Positions 1-12,800 of a stretch of DNA of 64,000 nucleotides are shown one piece after another. Each line of letters opens with the position of its first letter. Within the stretch, counting starts at the first letter, position 1. Location: positions 7,166,043 through 7,230,042 of the forward strand of contig CM082593.2 in the NCBI GenBank assembly GCA_040954595.2, written 5' to 3'. The notes under the pieces are model-generated. The model worked only from the letters and a program-made list of their open reading frames with translations. It had not been told where the DNA came from and searched no databases. Source of the DNA: Balanoglossus misakiensis. Taxonomy: Eukaryota > Animalia > Hemichordata. The position numbers and the translations under genes are program-made.

Positions 1-348
1 ATGCAAAAAAAATTCTATGTTTTGTTTGTTGGAATATTTGATGACAAAAATCTTATGAGAGGAAACTTTTTCATTTAGATGATTTTTTTTTATTAGTATC
101 AGAAGTATACTCTATTAAACTACTGTTTGAAGTTGCTGATTGCAGTATCTAGAAGGAATGATGATTTCATTAAAAGAGTTTAACCTAATCTCATCTGATA
201 TCTTTGGCTACTGTCTAATGACTTTTTGATACTGTGAAAAAATGTGGGGATATAGTCTTTAAGAAATTTGACAAGTGTGGCTGGTATGTGCATACCATGG
301 GTCAAAGTTCATCACATTAGCTGCAATACTGGGCTTTGATGCAGTTGA

Positions 349-374
349 GGGGTGGGGGTGGGGTGGGGTGGGGG
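349..374 (+). repeat. (GGGGT)n tract, G-quadruplex-capable
   Basis: Five G4-G5 runs separated by single T. Confidence 0.7.
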
Positions 375-629
375 TCTGTGACGTAGGAGTGGGGAATCCC
401 TTGATGAAAGGGAGAATCACATATCCTGAATGATAATTTGCTTTAAAAGTAAATTCTGAACTATCACAAACTTCAATGAAAGTGCCCATATATAAGAAAT
501 AAAATCTCTCTTCTTTCAAAGTAAAATTAACTGTTCGTATGATAATGTTAAATATAATGATAATTTTTTTTAAAAACTTTAAACAAAACCACAAAATATT
601 TTCATTGGTCTAAAGAGGCCGTGTGAAAG

Positions 630-722
630 TAACCCTCTCACCCCCCAGTTCCCTCTTCAGAGGTCCAACCTTACCACAGAAAACAGTTGGTTTGGACTGA
701 ACCATTGCAGTGAAAGGGTTAA
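630..722. mobile_element. MITE family A (~93 bp, piggyBac-like ends)
   Basis: (t)aaCCCTCTCAC...GTGAAAGGGttaa; internal sequence shared with other copies. Confidence 0.75.
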
Positions 723-787
723 AAGGCTGAGATAATTCAACTTGTGATTGGATATACTGACAACATGTCTTATATTTTATTTCATAG

Positions 788-819
788 GACTATGCATATA
801 TGAAGGTCTACCATACCAG
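788..819 (+). CDS. FRAS1: FRAS1 32-nt exon (start of VWC1; GLCIYEGLPYQ), phase 1-0
   Basis: tttatttcatag|GACTATGC...TACCAG|gtaagt; supplies the first Cys of VWC1 that exon 38469 lacks; same size and phase as human exon 2 (recalled). Confidence 0.85.
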
Positions 820-3800
820 GTAAGTCAATCACAATGGATGATTTCAAAGCCATGTTTTCTGTCATGCAAATGAGGCACAATTTTTTTAGTGAAAATTTTG
901 CTTCAATTTCTTGGACAAAGATGTGGCTTGAAGCTAATAATGATTGAATTCATTGAAAACCTATGATATTATTACATTTTCAATGAAATCAACATGAAAC
1001 CGCACACAGTACTGTCTATGGTGAAACATATTTTGATACAACACAGCTGTTTGAGCATACTTTTAATTTTTCTCCCCAAGGCCAAAATAATTTTTTATGA
1101 TTACAGTTTACAGGCTACTCGTAATCAGTTTAGCCCCATTTCTTTCTTCAGAAGGAATAAACCGGCACGGTTTGTCAAAAAAAAAAGAAGTGAAGTGGCC
1201 TTTAATTCAGTGAAGTTCGTTCAGTGGTCCCTCCTAGTGGGGTTTGAGACTGAACCAGCTTGATGGGGGTTCAAATTGAGAAGTATGCTCGCACTGTGAC
1301 CCATGACTCGCGATGCTGTCTGGCCCAACAGGGCCTCCCTTCGCGCTTGCATACCAAGTCTATCAGACAGTAATGGGTAGCTTCCAGCCTTCCAGGGCAG
1401 TCGTATTACAGAGCCATGTTGTATCGCGCGTAACACACGTAATATGCAAATGACGTAATAACACTAGCAGAATGCATCTGATAAAGTTCAGGATGGAGTT
1501 TTGAGGCCGGGAAGGGTTTGTTTTTCCTTGTGAAATCGTGAAGTAAGGTCGGTTTTTGGGGACGATGTTAAAAAAATAGCCCACTTCAACTCGCAAGGCC
1601 ATTGTTGTTTACTGGACACAGCATGCCTTTACCCTCGCTGGACCTTTGGTCTGATGAACTAGCCCTTGTCGTGTGGCGCGATGCAATATCACGGCGACTT
1701 GACGACATCTAGCTGTAGGAGTTATCAGGAATAACTGGATGCGATTCGCCAGACGCATAAATCATTATAAACTGGTTAGATAAAAGTCTAAAATGACCGT
1801 GGTCGGATCATCTAAGCATTGGACTTGCAAGAAGAACGGAGACACAGGTTATTCAGGCCAGAATTTTGATGAGTTTTGACATCTTGAAGAGCTAGGGAAT
1901 AGTTACGGACATACTACATTCTGTTTCTGATCACCCCTATAAAAATATACTACCCCAAGCACCAGTATTTTAAGCCTTCAGACATGCGTACGCCGTGGCG
2001 GTAGCCATGACGACGAAACTTGGGCATCGCAGCTGGGTGAGTTAATGAAAATTATCGCCATGGCAAAGGTTACCAGGGGGTTTACTCCAAACACGGAGGA
2101 ACAGGCGGTTGAGAACGGAGGTCGCCCGGGAGAGTTAGAACTCTTGCGTTATTTCTGCTTTGTGTGTGCTGTTCTTTTTTGTCAAGGGCCCATTAATGTC
2201 CAAGTGTTTCGAGTTATAAACAGTGAAATACAGGCGCCGGTTGAAAAGGGAATGATGAGAGGTCGGTTTTGTATACGAGTGCGGGGGGAATTGTCGTGAC
2301 TTTACGCATAGTTCTTGCATACTTCTTGTTGATTGGTTGTCTCTGTGTTGGTTTTTAAAGATATGTGTCATTTCCTGTACATCATTTCCTGTTTCAGTTC
2401 TGCCTGTTGGTTTTTTTCAAATTTTAATTACGTTGTCGTTTATATACTGATGTACATGTGGATGGTCCAATCTGCCAATGTAGTTACCACTGAAATCTGC
2501 GAAGTTTCGATCATTCTTGTAGGCTCAACGGCATATACATATACTAGCATATGAATACACTGCCTTGTGAGAAATTAGGAGATCATAGTTGCAGTTTGCA
2601 AATTGATGGTATTTTCCCTTTTTTCCTGTAAATGAGACAATCCACAGCAGCGATACAATAGGACCATTCAAACTTGTGCACTTCTGGGGGGTTAGCAGCC
2701 ATAATTTTGCTGTACGTATAGCAAGTGCCAAACAAGCTGATCTGAAGCACTTTCAACCCCACAGCTTGTTTAGCTGCTAATAAGCCTGTGCCTGTCCACG
2801 ACAGAACTGGGACGTACGGTCCACTCTTGTTCAACCTGCAGCCACGGATTCGAATAGGGTCTCATTGTGTACCTATAAGTGGCTCTCTTTAGGAGATATT
2901 AGAATGTCTATTCAATTTTTTCCACTTTATGCTTTATAATCACGAAGATGCCAAAGTCCCATCGGCATTGTCCTCGTCCGAACAATACAGAAAGGGATGA
3001 GTGTTCGACAGTCCCGTTTGAGTTTTACATCTTTTGTCAACATTGAAGGGCTTTTCGCACCTTAGCACCACGTTTCTGTTGGGACTGACTAGAACGATCA
3101 GTGTTGAGAATTTTCACTTTTTAGATTTAGTTCTCCAAAAGAGGGTAGGAAATCAAGTTTTTGGTCTTGTTATGCTGGTGAGATAGGATTTCTATGAAGA
3201 AAAAAATACAAATGAGAAAGAATTGGTCTGAGAAGTTTGATGATGACAATAAAGTTTAGCAAAAAATGGGAGATTGTCCTTGAGTGTCTTTGTAGTTCGC
3301 AGGGTTTTCGGTCTTCACATAAGTTAGTAACTTTCATCGTATGAAGGAATTTTTAGATTATTCTGGAGAGATTCAAACCAAACCGTTAGAGTTTTAAGGA
3401 ATGCATCTGGAATGCATGCAAATGCAGCTGAGTGAAGTTGAAATTGAACATGAGAGTGAATCTCTCCAGACATCCACCCTCTGAGTAACACACAGTGTCA
3501 TTACGTGAATTTAATGGCTGCCTGCTTGGGAATTTTGGTTAATTAGCAATTTCAGAGTTCCAATTAGCAGGACAGACCCCTCTGCCCCCCAAAAACAAAC
3601 ATTCAAGGTCACTTCCTGTGGTAGGTCAAATCATGGACTGTAGACTCCTCCTGCCTGGCAATTTAATGACCTATGATTGACCTGCGCTAGGGGTTCATGC
3701 AAAGTTCCTTCAGCTTTTTTGGCCGTTTCCCCGAACTTCCATTTCCCCATGACTGGGTTAACGTGCCGTGAAAAACGGCAAACAGATCAGTTCAACGGAA

Positions 3801-6800
3801 TAAACTCGTTCACGCTGTTGTTTTGTTGTGGCGAGGGGAGATCTGTTTTATCGGTCGCCCGGCGCAAAAACTAGCTGCATGCTGGCTGGGCACTTGGACC
3901 AAGGAGAGCTGGCTTCAATGACAACACAGGAAGCTCATTCAGTTTTCGCAATACAAACTTGACTTTCACGGCCACCGAGGCCTTGTAGGGGCCTCGTGAA
4001 TGACTTCAGTTGCTTTCATTCCATTCAGCTTCACTTTGAACCCCAGCAAGGATGCAATTTTCGACAAAGATCTCTCTTCAATTGTTTGTGTGGATAAGGT
4101 GAATGCAAAAAAAAGGGTGCAGACGACATGAGATAAGTGGTGTGTTTCGGAATCACAATGGCCCAAGACAAGGAGCGACATTTTGTGCTGGGGAAATCGT
4201 TTGTGAACTGGCTAATCCGCCTGTTATTTTAATAGTGGTTTGTCATTGGAAAGTTAATATGGTCGGATGGTTTCATTATTGGTGATGCTCCCATGGTTTC
4301 AGAAGAGATAGCTTTTATGTCAAAGGCAGCTATCCTGCAGCTTCTAGGCCCAAACGCTTTGAAGAATTTGTCTTTGGCAAGGCTAGACAACAGTGTGCAA
4401 TCCTAGCAGCAAACTTTTGTAAGGAACTGAATGGATTGAATCACTTCTTATGTGAAACTGTACTTGGTGAAACCATAATTTGGTCGTACACTACACTACA
4501 GTCAATTTTAAAGTTTCTTTGATTAAATATTTAATTTTCTTGTTTCGATCCAATCATTTAAGGACTTTTAGATGACTTTTAGGGAAAATGTTTGAGCCCT
4601 ACCCTAAAAAATACAAAAAAACCTGCAAATTTTGGAAAGTTGTGTGATAAGAAATGATGACTGAAAAACGAATGTCCGCAGTCTTTATGTCCATTCATAT
4701 GATTCATGCAGTGAAAGTGTTACCACCACTGGAGTCAAAGCACGGAGGTACCAACATTCCGCCAGTCTTTTAATGAATCCGTTGAGAACTTGGCAGCTTC
4801 GTCTCGTGTTCCGTGGTTGTTCAGATCGCGGGTGTCAACGATTCACCACGGTGGTGGTTCTCTAAGACTCGCCTGACCCCGGGGTTCAACTGTGTTGGTT
4901 ATTGGTTTTGTTTCCTCCAATTCTTCGGCTGAGGACGCCTGCTTAACCACACTACACGCTCCACAGACTTCTGTTTCTTAAATATCCGTCACAGCTCCTC
5001 AGCTGCGGGCCGAGACGGCCATTCAGCGGTCCCCGGCTGGTTTTCCGTACCTTTCAATAAAAAATGCCGGAGATTACTTGTTCCCGAATCCCTCTAGTCT
5101 CACTTTCCGCATTTCTGCTTCCCAGGGGACGCTCTTTACACGGAGAAATTAATGTCTTTGTTATGGAAAGTGTTCGGTGAGAGGTGATCCAGGTAAACAA
5201 ATAGTGCGGACAGAGGTATCACAATAGACTATTGCATCAGTTCCGTTGTCTGAGTCCAAGAATACAAAATTTTCCAGAAATAAGTATCGGCCGTTGAATG
5301 TCAATTTCATGTCTGAGAACGCGTAATTCTGGATAAAAAAGAGTCGTTTTCACCTGAATAGAACCCTCAGTTGTGAGTTTTTGAATAACCTTATGTAATA
5401 ATACATGCATGAAGAAATATTGAAACAAATAATGGTTTGGGTTAAGTGGAAGAACGTGGATATAATACATGTACATGTATGCTCATTCTACAAAAAGCAT
5501 AGATTTTTGTAAGAACTTTTATATTGCAGTCTTAATTTTTGTTTTTGGTGTTTCGAAAATTATATTATATTTTAACCCTTTTCACATCCATTTCCCTGTA
5601 TAGAGGTCCAACTTTACTATAGAAACTCATGGCTTTGGACCAAACCATTGTGGTGAAAGGGTTAATGTTCTCTCACCGATTGGCTGAACACATATACGGT
5701 AGTGGTTGTCGAACATGGTTGGTTGTTAAAAATAATGCAGGCCCAGCGACCCAGGGGACTGAAAAAACCTTGGTGATATCTGAAGCTGTGCATTGATAAG
5801 CATTGATGAGAACCTGCAGCTAATTTGCTGCGGTCTAAAATTGTCTTGTTTATGTTCTTTTGGCAATTATCGCCTTTTAAAAGGCCATCACAGAAGTGTG
5901 AAAGTGATTAAGAAATGGAAGAAATCTAACCTGGCAGCTGATAAAAAAAGTCCTTAGCTGTGTCCCTGAAAGCATGGTATCTTCTGTAAACGTAAATAAA
6001 CACTACCTGCTATGAGTCGCCAAGATGTCTGTGGTTCCAGTGTCTGGCGGAAGATTGTCTTATTCCAAAAAAGGATGTCACCTTCACTGAGACTGAAGTG
6101 TGACAAAAATGCGAAAAGTCCACCTTTTGCTTTTAAGTCCTTATGCTCCACTACGCTCGTCATAAGAGGAGACATTAAATCACAAACAGACAAATGAGAC
6201 GAGGATTTTTTTTTCAGAAAAAAAATTTATGGCAAAATTCAAAAGATCTATAGGCAGTCTTTGAAACTAGGTAACATCTACATGTCTCTGCCAGGCCAAA
6301 ATCAAAGGGCTGTACATCGTAGGGGATGATTATCAGGCACCTGTATTGCCTGGTAATTTATTGGTTTTTCCTTGACCTAGTAGATAGCAGCACTGCCCAG
6401 TAAATAAATAAAACCTTCAAGTATACTGTGTGCATGGCCGCCAAATAGCTATTCAGCTCATTGTGCCGTGTCGTTGGCAAATATAGACTCTTCAGCAGGT
6501 GAAAAATTTGTAGGGTGTGTTCAAGTTGCTGGGTTTGAGATGGCTGAGAAGGATTTTTTTGAAATGAGCCACCTTGTCGCAATTCTGTGCGGTGTGCTCG
6601 GGCAGTGGAGGCATGTGGAAAGCCTGGTTGTTGTTTAGTACCTTGTCAAGGGGAGTGCTTTTGACAATGGGTGGAATGGCTGGGGTCAGTTTGGTTAAAA
6701 GCAGTTGACTTGGTTGGCACTGTTACAGTGTTTTGTCCAGCGATTTTTTTTCTCGCATGGTCTTTAATCGCGACGTTCTGAAGGCGATAGCATTGATATC

Positions 6801-9800
6801 AAATCTTTGCATTGAACTGCTGTTCCTAGTTCAACTTGTGTACTGACAGATTGTCAATAGCAATGGAGTGGTGCGGGCTAGATGGGGTGGGGTTGGGGAT
6901 GAAGACCCCCCCCCCACCCACCCATTACTGCTGTGTCAGCATTATGCAAATGATACATGAATATGCAAAATACCCTGTCCAATTTTGCGTGGTTTAAATG
7001 AAACCTTGCGTGGTTTGGATCACCGGTGACCAGTCCTTCCTGTCGGGAGCGGAATTTCTTTTCACACTGTCCAGCTCACTTCCCATGCATAATATTGATT
7101 TTGTCTCACCCAGCGAGATCCGACAGCCCCAGCACAATGAAGTGTGTCAGGGGAAGGCGTTAGGTATCGATACACACAGTTCTGCTTCATGGCCGTCGCA
7201 CAAAAAACCTGCAAGTGCAGCGGTCGGCTCAACTTCTAAGCGATTATTTTGCATTTTGTGTAACTTGTAGCATTCCTGGGACCGCATCGAGTTACCGCCG
7301 TGCTATGGGTGGTGGTGACGTCTGGTTTAAGCAAGCAATCATCGCCCCCAAGGAGTGCGACATAAAAGAAATAAATTCTGGAGGCAAAGAAAAGAAACTT
7401 TCTTAGTGTGCTCAAGGAGACGTTGAACAGAACTAGAAACAGCCAAATTTTGACATGTGATACAAAGATACATGTCAAAAAGCACACAGGTGACTGCAAA
7501 TCTAGAAAAATTTTCAGTTTTCAGCAAAATGTGTCGGTAAAACCAAAATAGCTTTGCCGCCAACCATTGTTTGTGTGAGTAAATTTAGACTGTGCTGTAA
7601 ATATAATGTCTCTGGACTGCTTGCTGTCTGCTGGTGAAAGGTCCTAGCCTTTGGTACTTTAATTGTTTATATCATGAGCTTTGAGTGTGGTTTAAATATT
7701 TTTCAAATGGTAGTTGTTTCCTCAAGTGAAACTCTCGCCTGGTGTTTTGGCCTGGCATTAAGTGGTCCAAAAACATTTTACTGGGCCTTGGTTTCCAAAG
7801 CAACTCGACGGTTCTGCTGCATTCTTTCAGAGGAAAGTTTCACTCCATCCAATTGGCTGTTGCCATGACGTTTGCTTCACCGACCCCCTAGGTTAGTGAG
7901 GATGACACTGTATTTGAGAAAGCTTGAGTAATCACAGAAAAGGATAGCTTCAGAGGAATTTTATGTACATAGAAAGTTTGTTTCTAACAGTTGAATAATG
8001 CAGTAGATCTCTCACACATTGCAGGATAAAACAGAATACCAGAATTGCCAAATTCTGTTGATATTTGGGTGAAAAAAATAAACATTTTGCACAGTGATGA
8101 ATTTTTGTCAGGAAAACTCAAAACTCAAAAGTATATATTTCCAGACTATGTGAGATGTACAGTAATGTGAGAAATATTGTTGAATATCTTTTTATGTAAG
8201 GCAAGTTCACAGATTTTGATTTTGAAAATTGGATTATTGATGGGATGGGACAGTGTGGTGTTCCCATATATGCAGCTCAGTGCCATAACGATTCTAGGTC
8301 TACCGGAAATAAAGCCACTTATACACCTCAATTTTCACTAATTTATGATTTTTATGACAGATTGATGGACAAGGCCTTGATTTGTCTCTCACTGCCAGAG
8401 CAAAAGACTTTTATAGTTATTGTCAGTGGATAAACTTTTATAGCTGCCGACTCCAGAACTTTATGGTGACTATATCTTTCGCAATGAATTCGCCTTCTGT
8501 GCTAACTCGCGGAGCTAGTTAAAGTTTTAGAGCCTGCGTTGTCATTGTTGGTTTTCTGTTGTCTGTCGAGATACGAATGACATAAAAAAATCTGTGTAAG
8601 ACTGCAGCAGTGAAAACTGCCAGTTCTGTGTGAATGGATTTTTGCGTGTGTTCAACCGTCATTAAGAAGCGATTTTTCACCTGTGCGGAAGAAAGTACAC
8701 ATTCGCACAAGGGACAGCTTTGAAGTCGGGGTCTCTCACAGCAATGTCACCTTGGGGTGCTGAAAGCGTTTTCGTGTCCGCGGACCTTGGCCAATAATTT
8801 GCTTTTCGGCTCACCGATCGACTTGGGCAAATGGCAGAGGACGCTTGTTGTTTGTCGAAGCGAATTCTGTTTGTGCAAGGTTTTTTTTTCCGTGGGTGTT
8901 TCACTGTTTGTTAGAAGGGAACACAGGTAAAGAGATTTATGAGAACATTCAGTGTTGGTCTTAAGTGCTCAGCTAATAGCTGGTCGTGTAATCATCCCGG
9001 TTAAACCATCAGATTGGTAAATTTGTTCATTTTTGTGGTCAAAGTAAGTGTACCTACAGCAACGTTGCATTCAGTTGTAAGCTTTTTACATGCCTATAAC
9101 ATTGCATTACCAGAGTTGGTATCCTTAATTATAGATCATGTGTCTTTTGCATGAAACATTTTCATAATTCTTGACAATCTTTTAATGTCTTTCATGAAAT
9201 GCCTGATGTTAATTTGATTAATATTTGAAAACTTCATGAAACTTGAAGAAAATTCATGAATTGTAAACTAGTTGCTGGATGACCGATACTTCAGAAAATT
9301 ACCTCCCCTAGCAAGTGGTGACTTGTTTAAATAATGTTCTCCGGTTTTGAAAACAGGGTAGTCTAGACAAGCCTTTTTGATAAGATTTACTCGACATTAT
9401 AAATATGAATTATGATGTTCAATATTTTAACATTATTATATCAATTTTGCAGGTTTTGAAACATCTTCTGTTTGTAAACCCCAAAAACGAAGATTCTCCT
9501 GATAAAAAACTCTTTGAATTTTGCAGTGTTCACCCCAGAGCAATCAAATTAAAAAGTGCCGGCCATTACCCTGTAATTTGGGGAAAACAATAGATACTCA
9601 TTATCATAACAATAAAGTGCATTGTCATGTTATATATGTGTGTTGTTACATCGTCAATTGTTTTAAAACAAATGTGATTCTTTCTGAAACCCTGCAGTGA
9701 TGATCTTGTCCAGGAATTTGCAAAACTGAGATTCCATTCCACAAATTATTTTACTGTTTTACTCAATGCAAATTGACCACTTAGTAACAGGGTCCACTCA

Positions 9801-12800
9801 TTGCGTTGGAACTGGAGGATGTAGTGGTTCTTAGAAGGTATTATCTCGGTCCAATTTGAACAAATCGCTTCGGCAATAGAAAATCGGAGACAAACCGGGG
9901 ATGTGTGCCCAAGCTCAGTGTGTCAATGATCAAAGGGCAAATAACGTGTGCATCTGACATAAACAGCAACAATGCGGGATTGAAGACTTTCTTTCATGAT
10001 CGTTACTCATCCCAAATCCAGTCTTTGTGAAGCATTCCAAACGACATGTACCCGTTCTGAATGAGGTTTAAGTCCTAAGATCCCGGTGAATGGAGAAGCT
10101 TGAAGTGGACAGACCCTGTCGGGTTGAATTGGTGGTTCGGCTACTTGTACATCAAAAACTCTGTGAACAGATGCGGTGGATAAGACACACTGCGTAAAGT
10201 GAACGTCCAGTCTACTAAAACGTGCAGAAGAAATAACATCTTCTTTGTGTTATGAGAGAACATGCTAAATGAAAATAACCGGAGTCGACTGGACACCTTT
10301 GTTATGCGAACACTCTTGACATTGGTGTTCAGTTTTACGTAACGGTAAATAGCCCCAAGGCCCAAAGCAGAAACTTCCGACAGTTATTTGAAAATGATCT
10401 GTGGAAAAGGAATGAAGAAGACTGCCATTTTGTTTCTCATAACCAGCGCCTCGGCCAGTACATGTATATCATACTAGGTGAATTTCACAGATACAAGTTT
10501 AGTGTGGGGTGGGTTTTTCCAAGTCGCTCCGAATTTTTGCAGCAAAGATGAGAACAGTGCAAGAAGCTAGTGACAGTCAGTGTAGGCTGCTGTCCGGTTT
10601 GGCCGAATTCTCTCATAGTCTTGAAGAAATGGGGATGAAACTGAAAGGGTTATAAACCTGGACCAGCAAATACTCGACAGGTATTACAGAATCAAAGCTG
10701 TATCATTTTCAAATCTGATTTTTAGGGGTCACTTCCGGTGTACAGCACATATCATATTCGTGATCCCATCAGAAGAAACCACTGAAAATATCGTAACTCT
10801 GACAAACATCTCTACGTAAATATTTTTGTGGGTGTACCCATGGAAATATACCATGACCACTATACCAGGATTAGTAATAGTATATCGTGGAAACTGTTGT
10901 GGGTAACTTTGCATGAATTATGATTTGTCAAGGCAAGCTAAGATTTTCCTGTGATGCACAAGGTGATTGTAATTTAAGATAGGCTGCCCTCCAGCCTTGC
11001 TAAATATGATAAGTAGCTTTCAGTTTTAATCTTTACCAAAACTGAAAAGTAAATGGATGTGGAAAAGTGTTTGCTGCTAAAGGCGTTAATACAGGATTTG
11101 ACTGTTTTTTTGAAAGGGGGGGGGGGGGTTCAGAATACACACATATTTTTCTGGGATACTCAGGTTTAGGTTTATGGATTATTTCTATGGCACTAATTCA
11201 CACGAAAATTATAAAGACCATGTTTATGAATGTGATTAAAGTGAAATTTTCACAGCTTTTGATGTTTGCATGCCAAGTTAAGAACTTCATGTCTTTCTCA
11301 ACCGAATTAACACATACACCTGAGTCAGTGTGTTGCTAGGCATTACATTTCCACCATTTTGTTTATCTATTTTCATCAGTAATTGTTTGTTACACCTGTG
11401 CAGAAAGAAAAACAGTAGTCAGGTGTTAACTTTGCGTTTCTTCTCAGCGGAAATTACCTGCAAATTGCTCTCTTTCTGCAGCGGCGAAGTTCATTTGGGA
11501 AATTTGGTGACGATGTTGATTTTGTTTATTGGTGCACACAGAGAGAAAATTGAGAGTGTAAAACTGTGTTCAGCTAAGTCGTATCTCTGGGGGACACCAT
11601 GACACTTTTGTTGATCTTTGGTGGAATGTCAATTAGAGAAATCAATGCATTGTTAAAGAGTTTTGTTTGGGTTCTCAGGTTGAAGAGACAAACCAATACC
11701 AAAGAAAAAGAGACTAATAATTACCAATTTACTTTCATCAGGAGAATCATGGACTTCAATTGGTTCTTCTGTGTGTGTTTTCCTTTCTTTTGTACAGATA
11801 TTTTGAAGTGTTGTTTCAGGCAATTTAGGAAATGTTTTTCTTCGTAAATAACAGTCTCTGATGGCAAGGTTCTGATTCAGGGACATGTGTGTTGATTTGT
11901 TTTTTTGAGTTTGTGGAAGACCGATCGACATTTGTGTGCTCAAAGCTGAACTTGGAGTGTGACTGATTCGAGAGCATGCTTGTGCTATACAGAGGCCTGA
12001 TATGTCTTGTATTTGAAAGTACTTGGTGAAAGAAATCAGTTGATATGGCTTGGCTGTTTAATCAAGAGCAACACTTGAATTTATTGCCTTTTAACCTGAT
12101 GCGAGATCAAAACGCAGCTCGTCCCCGGTGTTGGGACCGTGTTTGTACTGCCCAGCTGGTTTTACGTAACAACATTGTGTTTACATGACAAAAGTTGTTT
12201 TGTCGTCCTTATTGACAGAATGGAGACTATAAGTAGGGCTGGTGAAAAAAATGTCGCACAACCCTGCAGAAAATCCGAAATGTTTTTTCTGCGTTTCAAG
12301 TGTTTATTCGGAGGGAATTTTTTTTTCTTTGGAATAAACGTGAAAGTATTTCTGAATCTCTGTCGTTTAGATCTTTCGCCCATTTTGAGCTGATCTGTTG
12401 AGTTTGTTTGCAAACTGTGTGGCGGAACGGACCCTAGGTTTTGGTGGCTGGGTCGTGTCTTTGTTTTGGGGATGGCACGGTGTTTTGAATCTGAAATAAC
12501 TGAGGGACTGTGGCGTTGGAACGCATTCTTTGGGGGTGCTTGAACAAGAGTTTCGCGTGACATGTGCGGAATTCCACAATTGGGTGATTGAACACACCTG
12601 AGTTAAAGGGACAAAGTCTCTCTCTCGCTGCCCGTTTTTCATTAATATATGTTTGATACAAGACACCGTTTATGTTATTCTACATGTGGATATATAGTGA
12701 ATCAACGTTCGACCGCAAACAACTTCTGTCCCGTTTGTAGGATATGAGAGTAAAAATCTCACCAAAATGAATAAATGGTAGAGACCAATTATTCATTTTG

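Noticed and set aside
158-199. C-box ATGATGA with a downstream CTGA (snoRNA-like)
   Set aside because: Only about 40 nt between the boxes, with no terminal stem or guide; too short.
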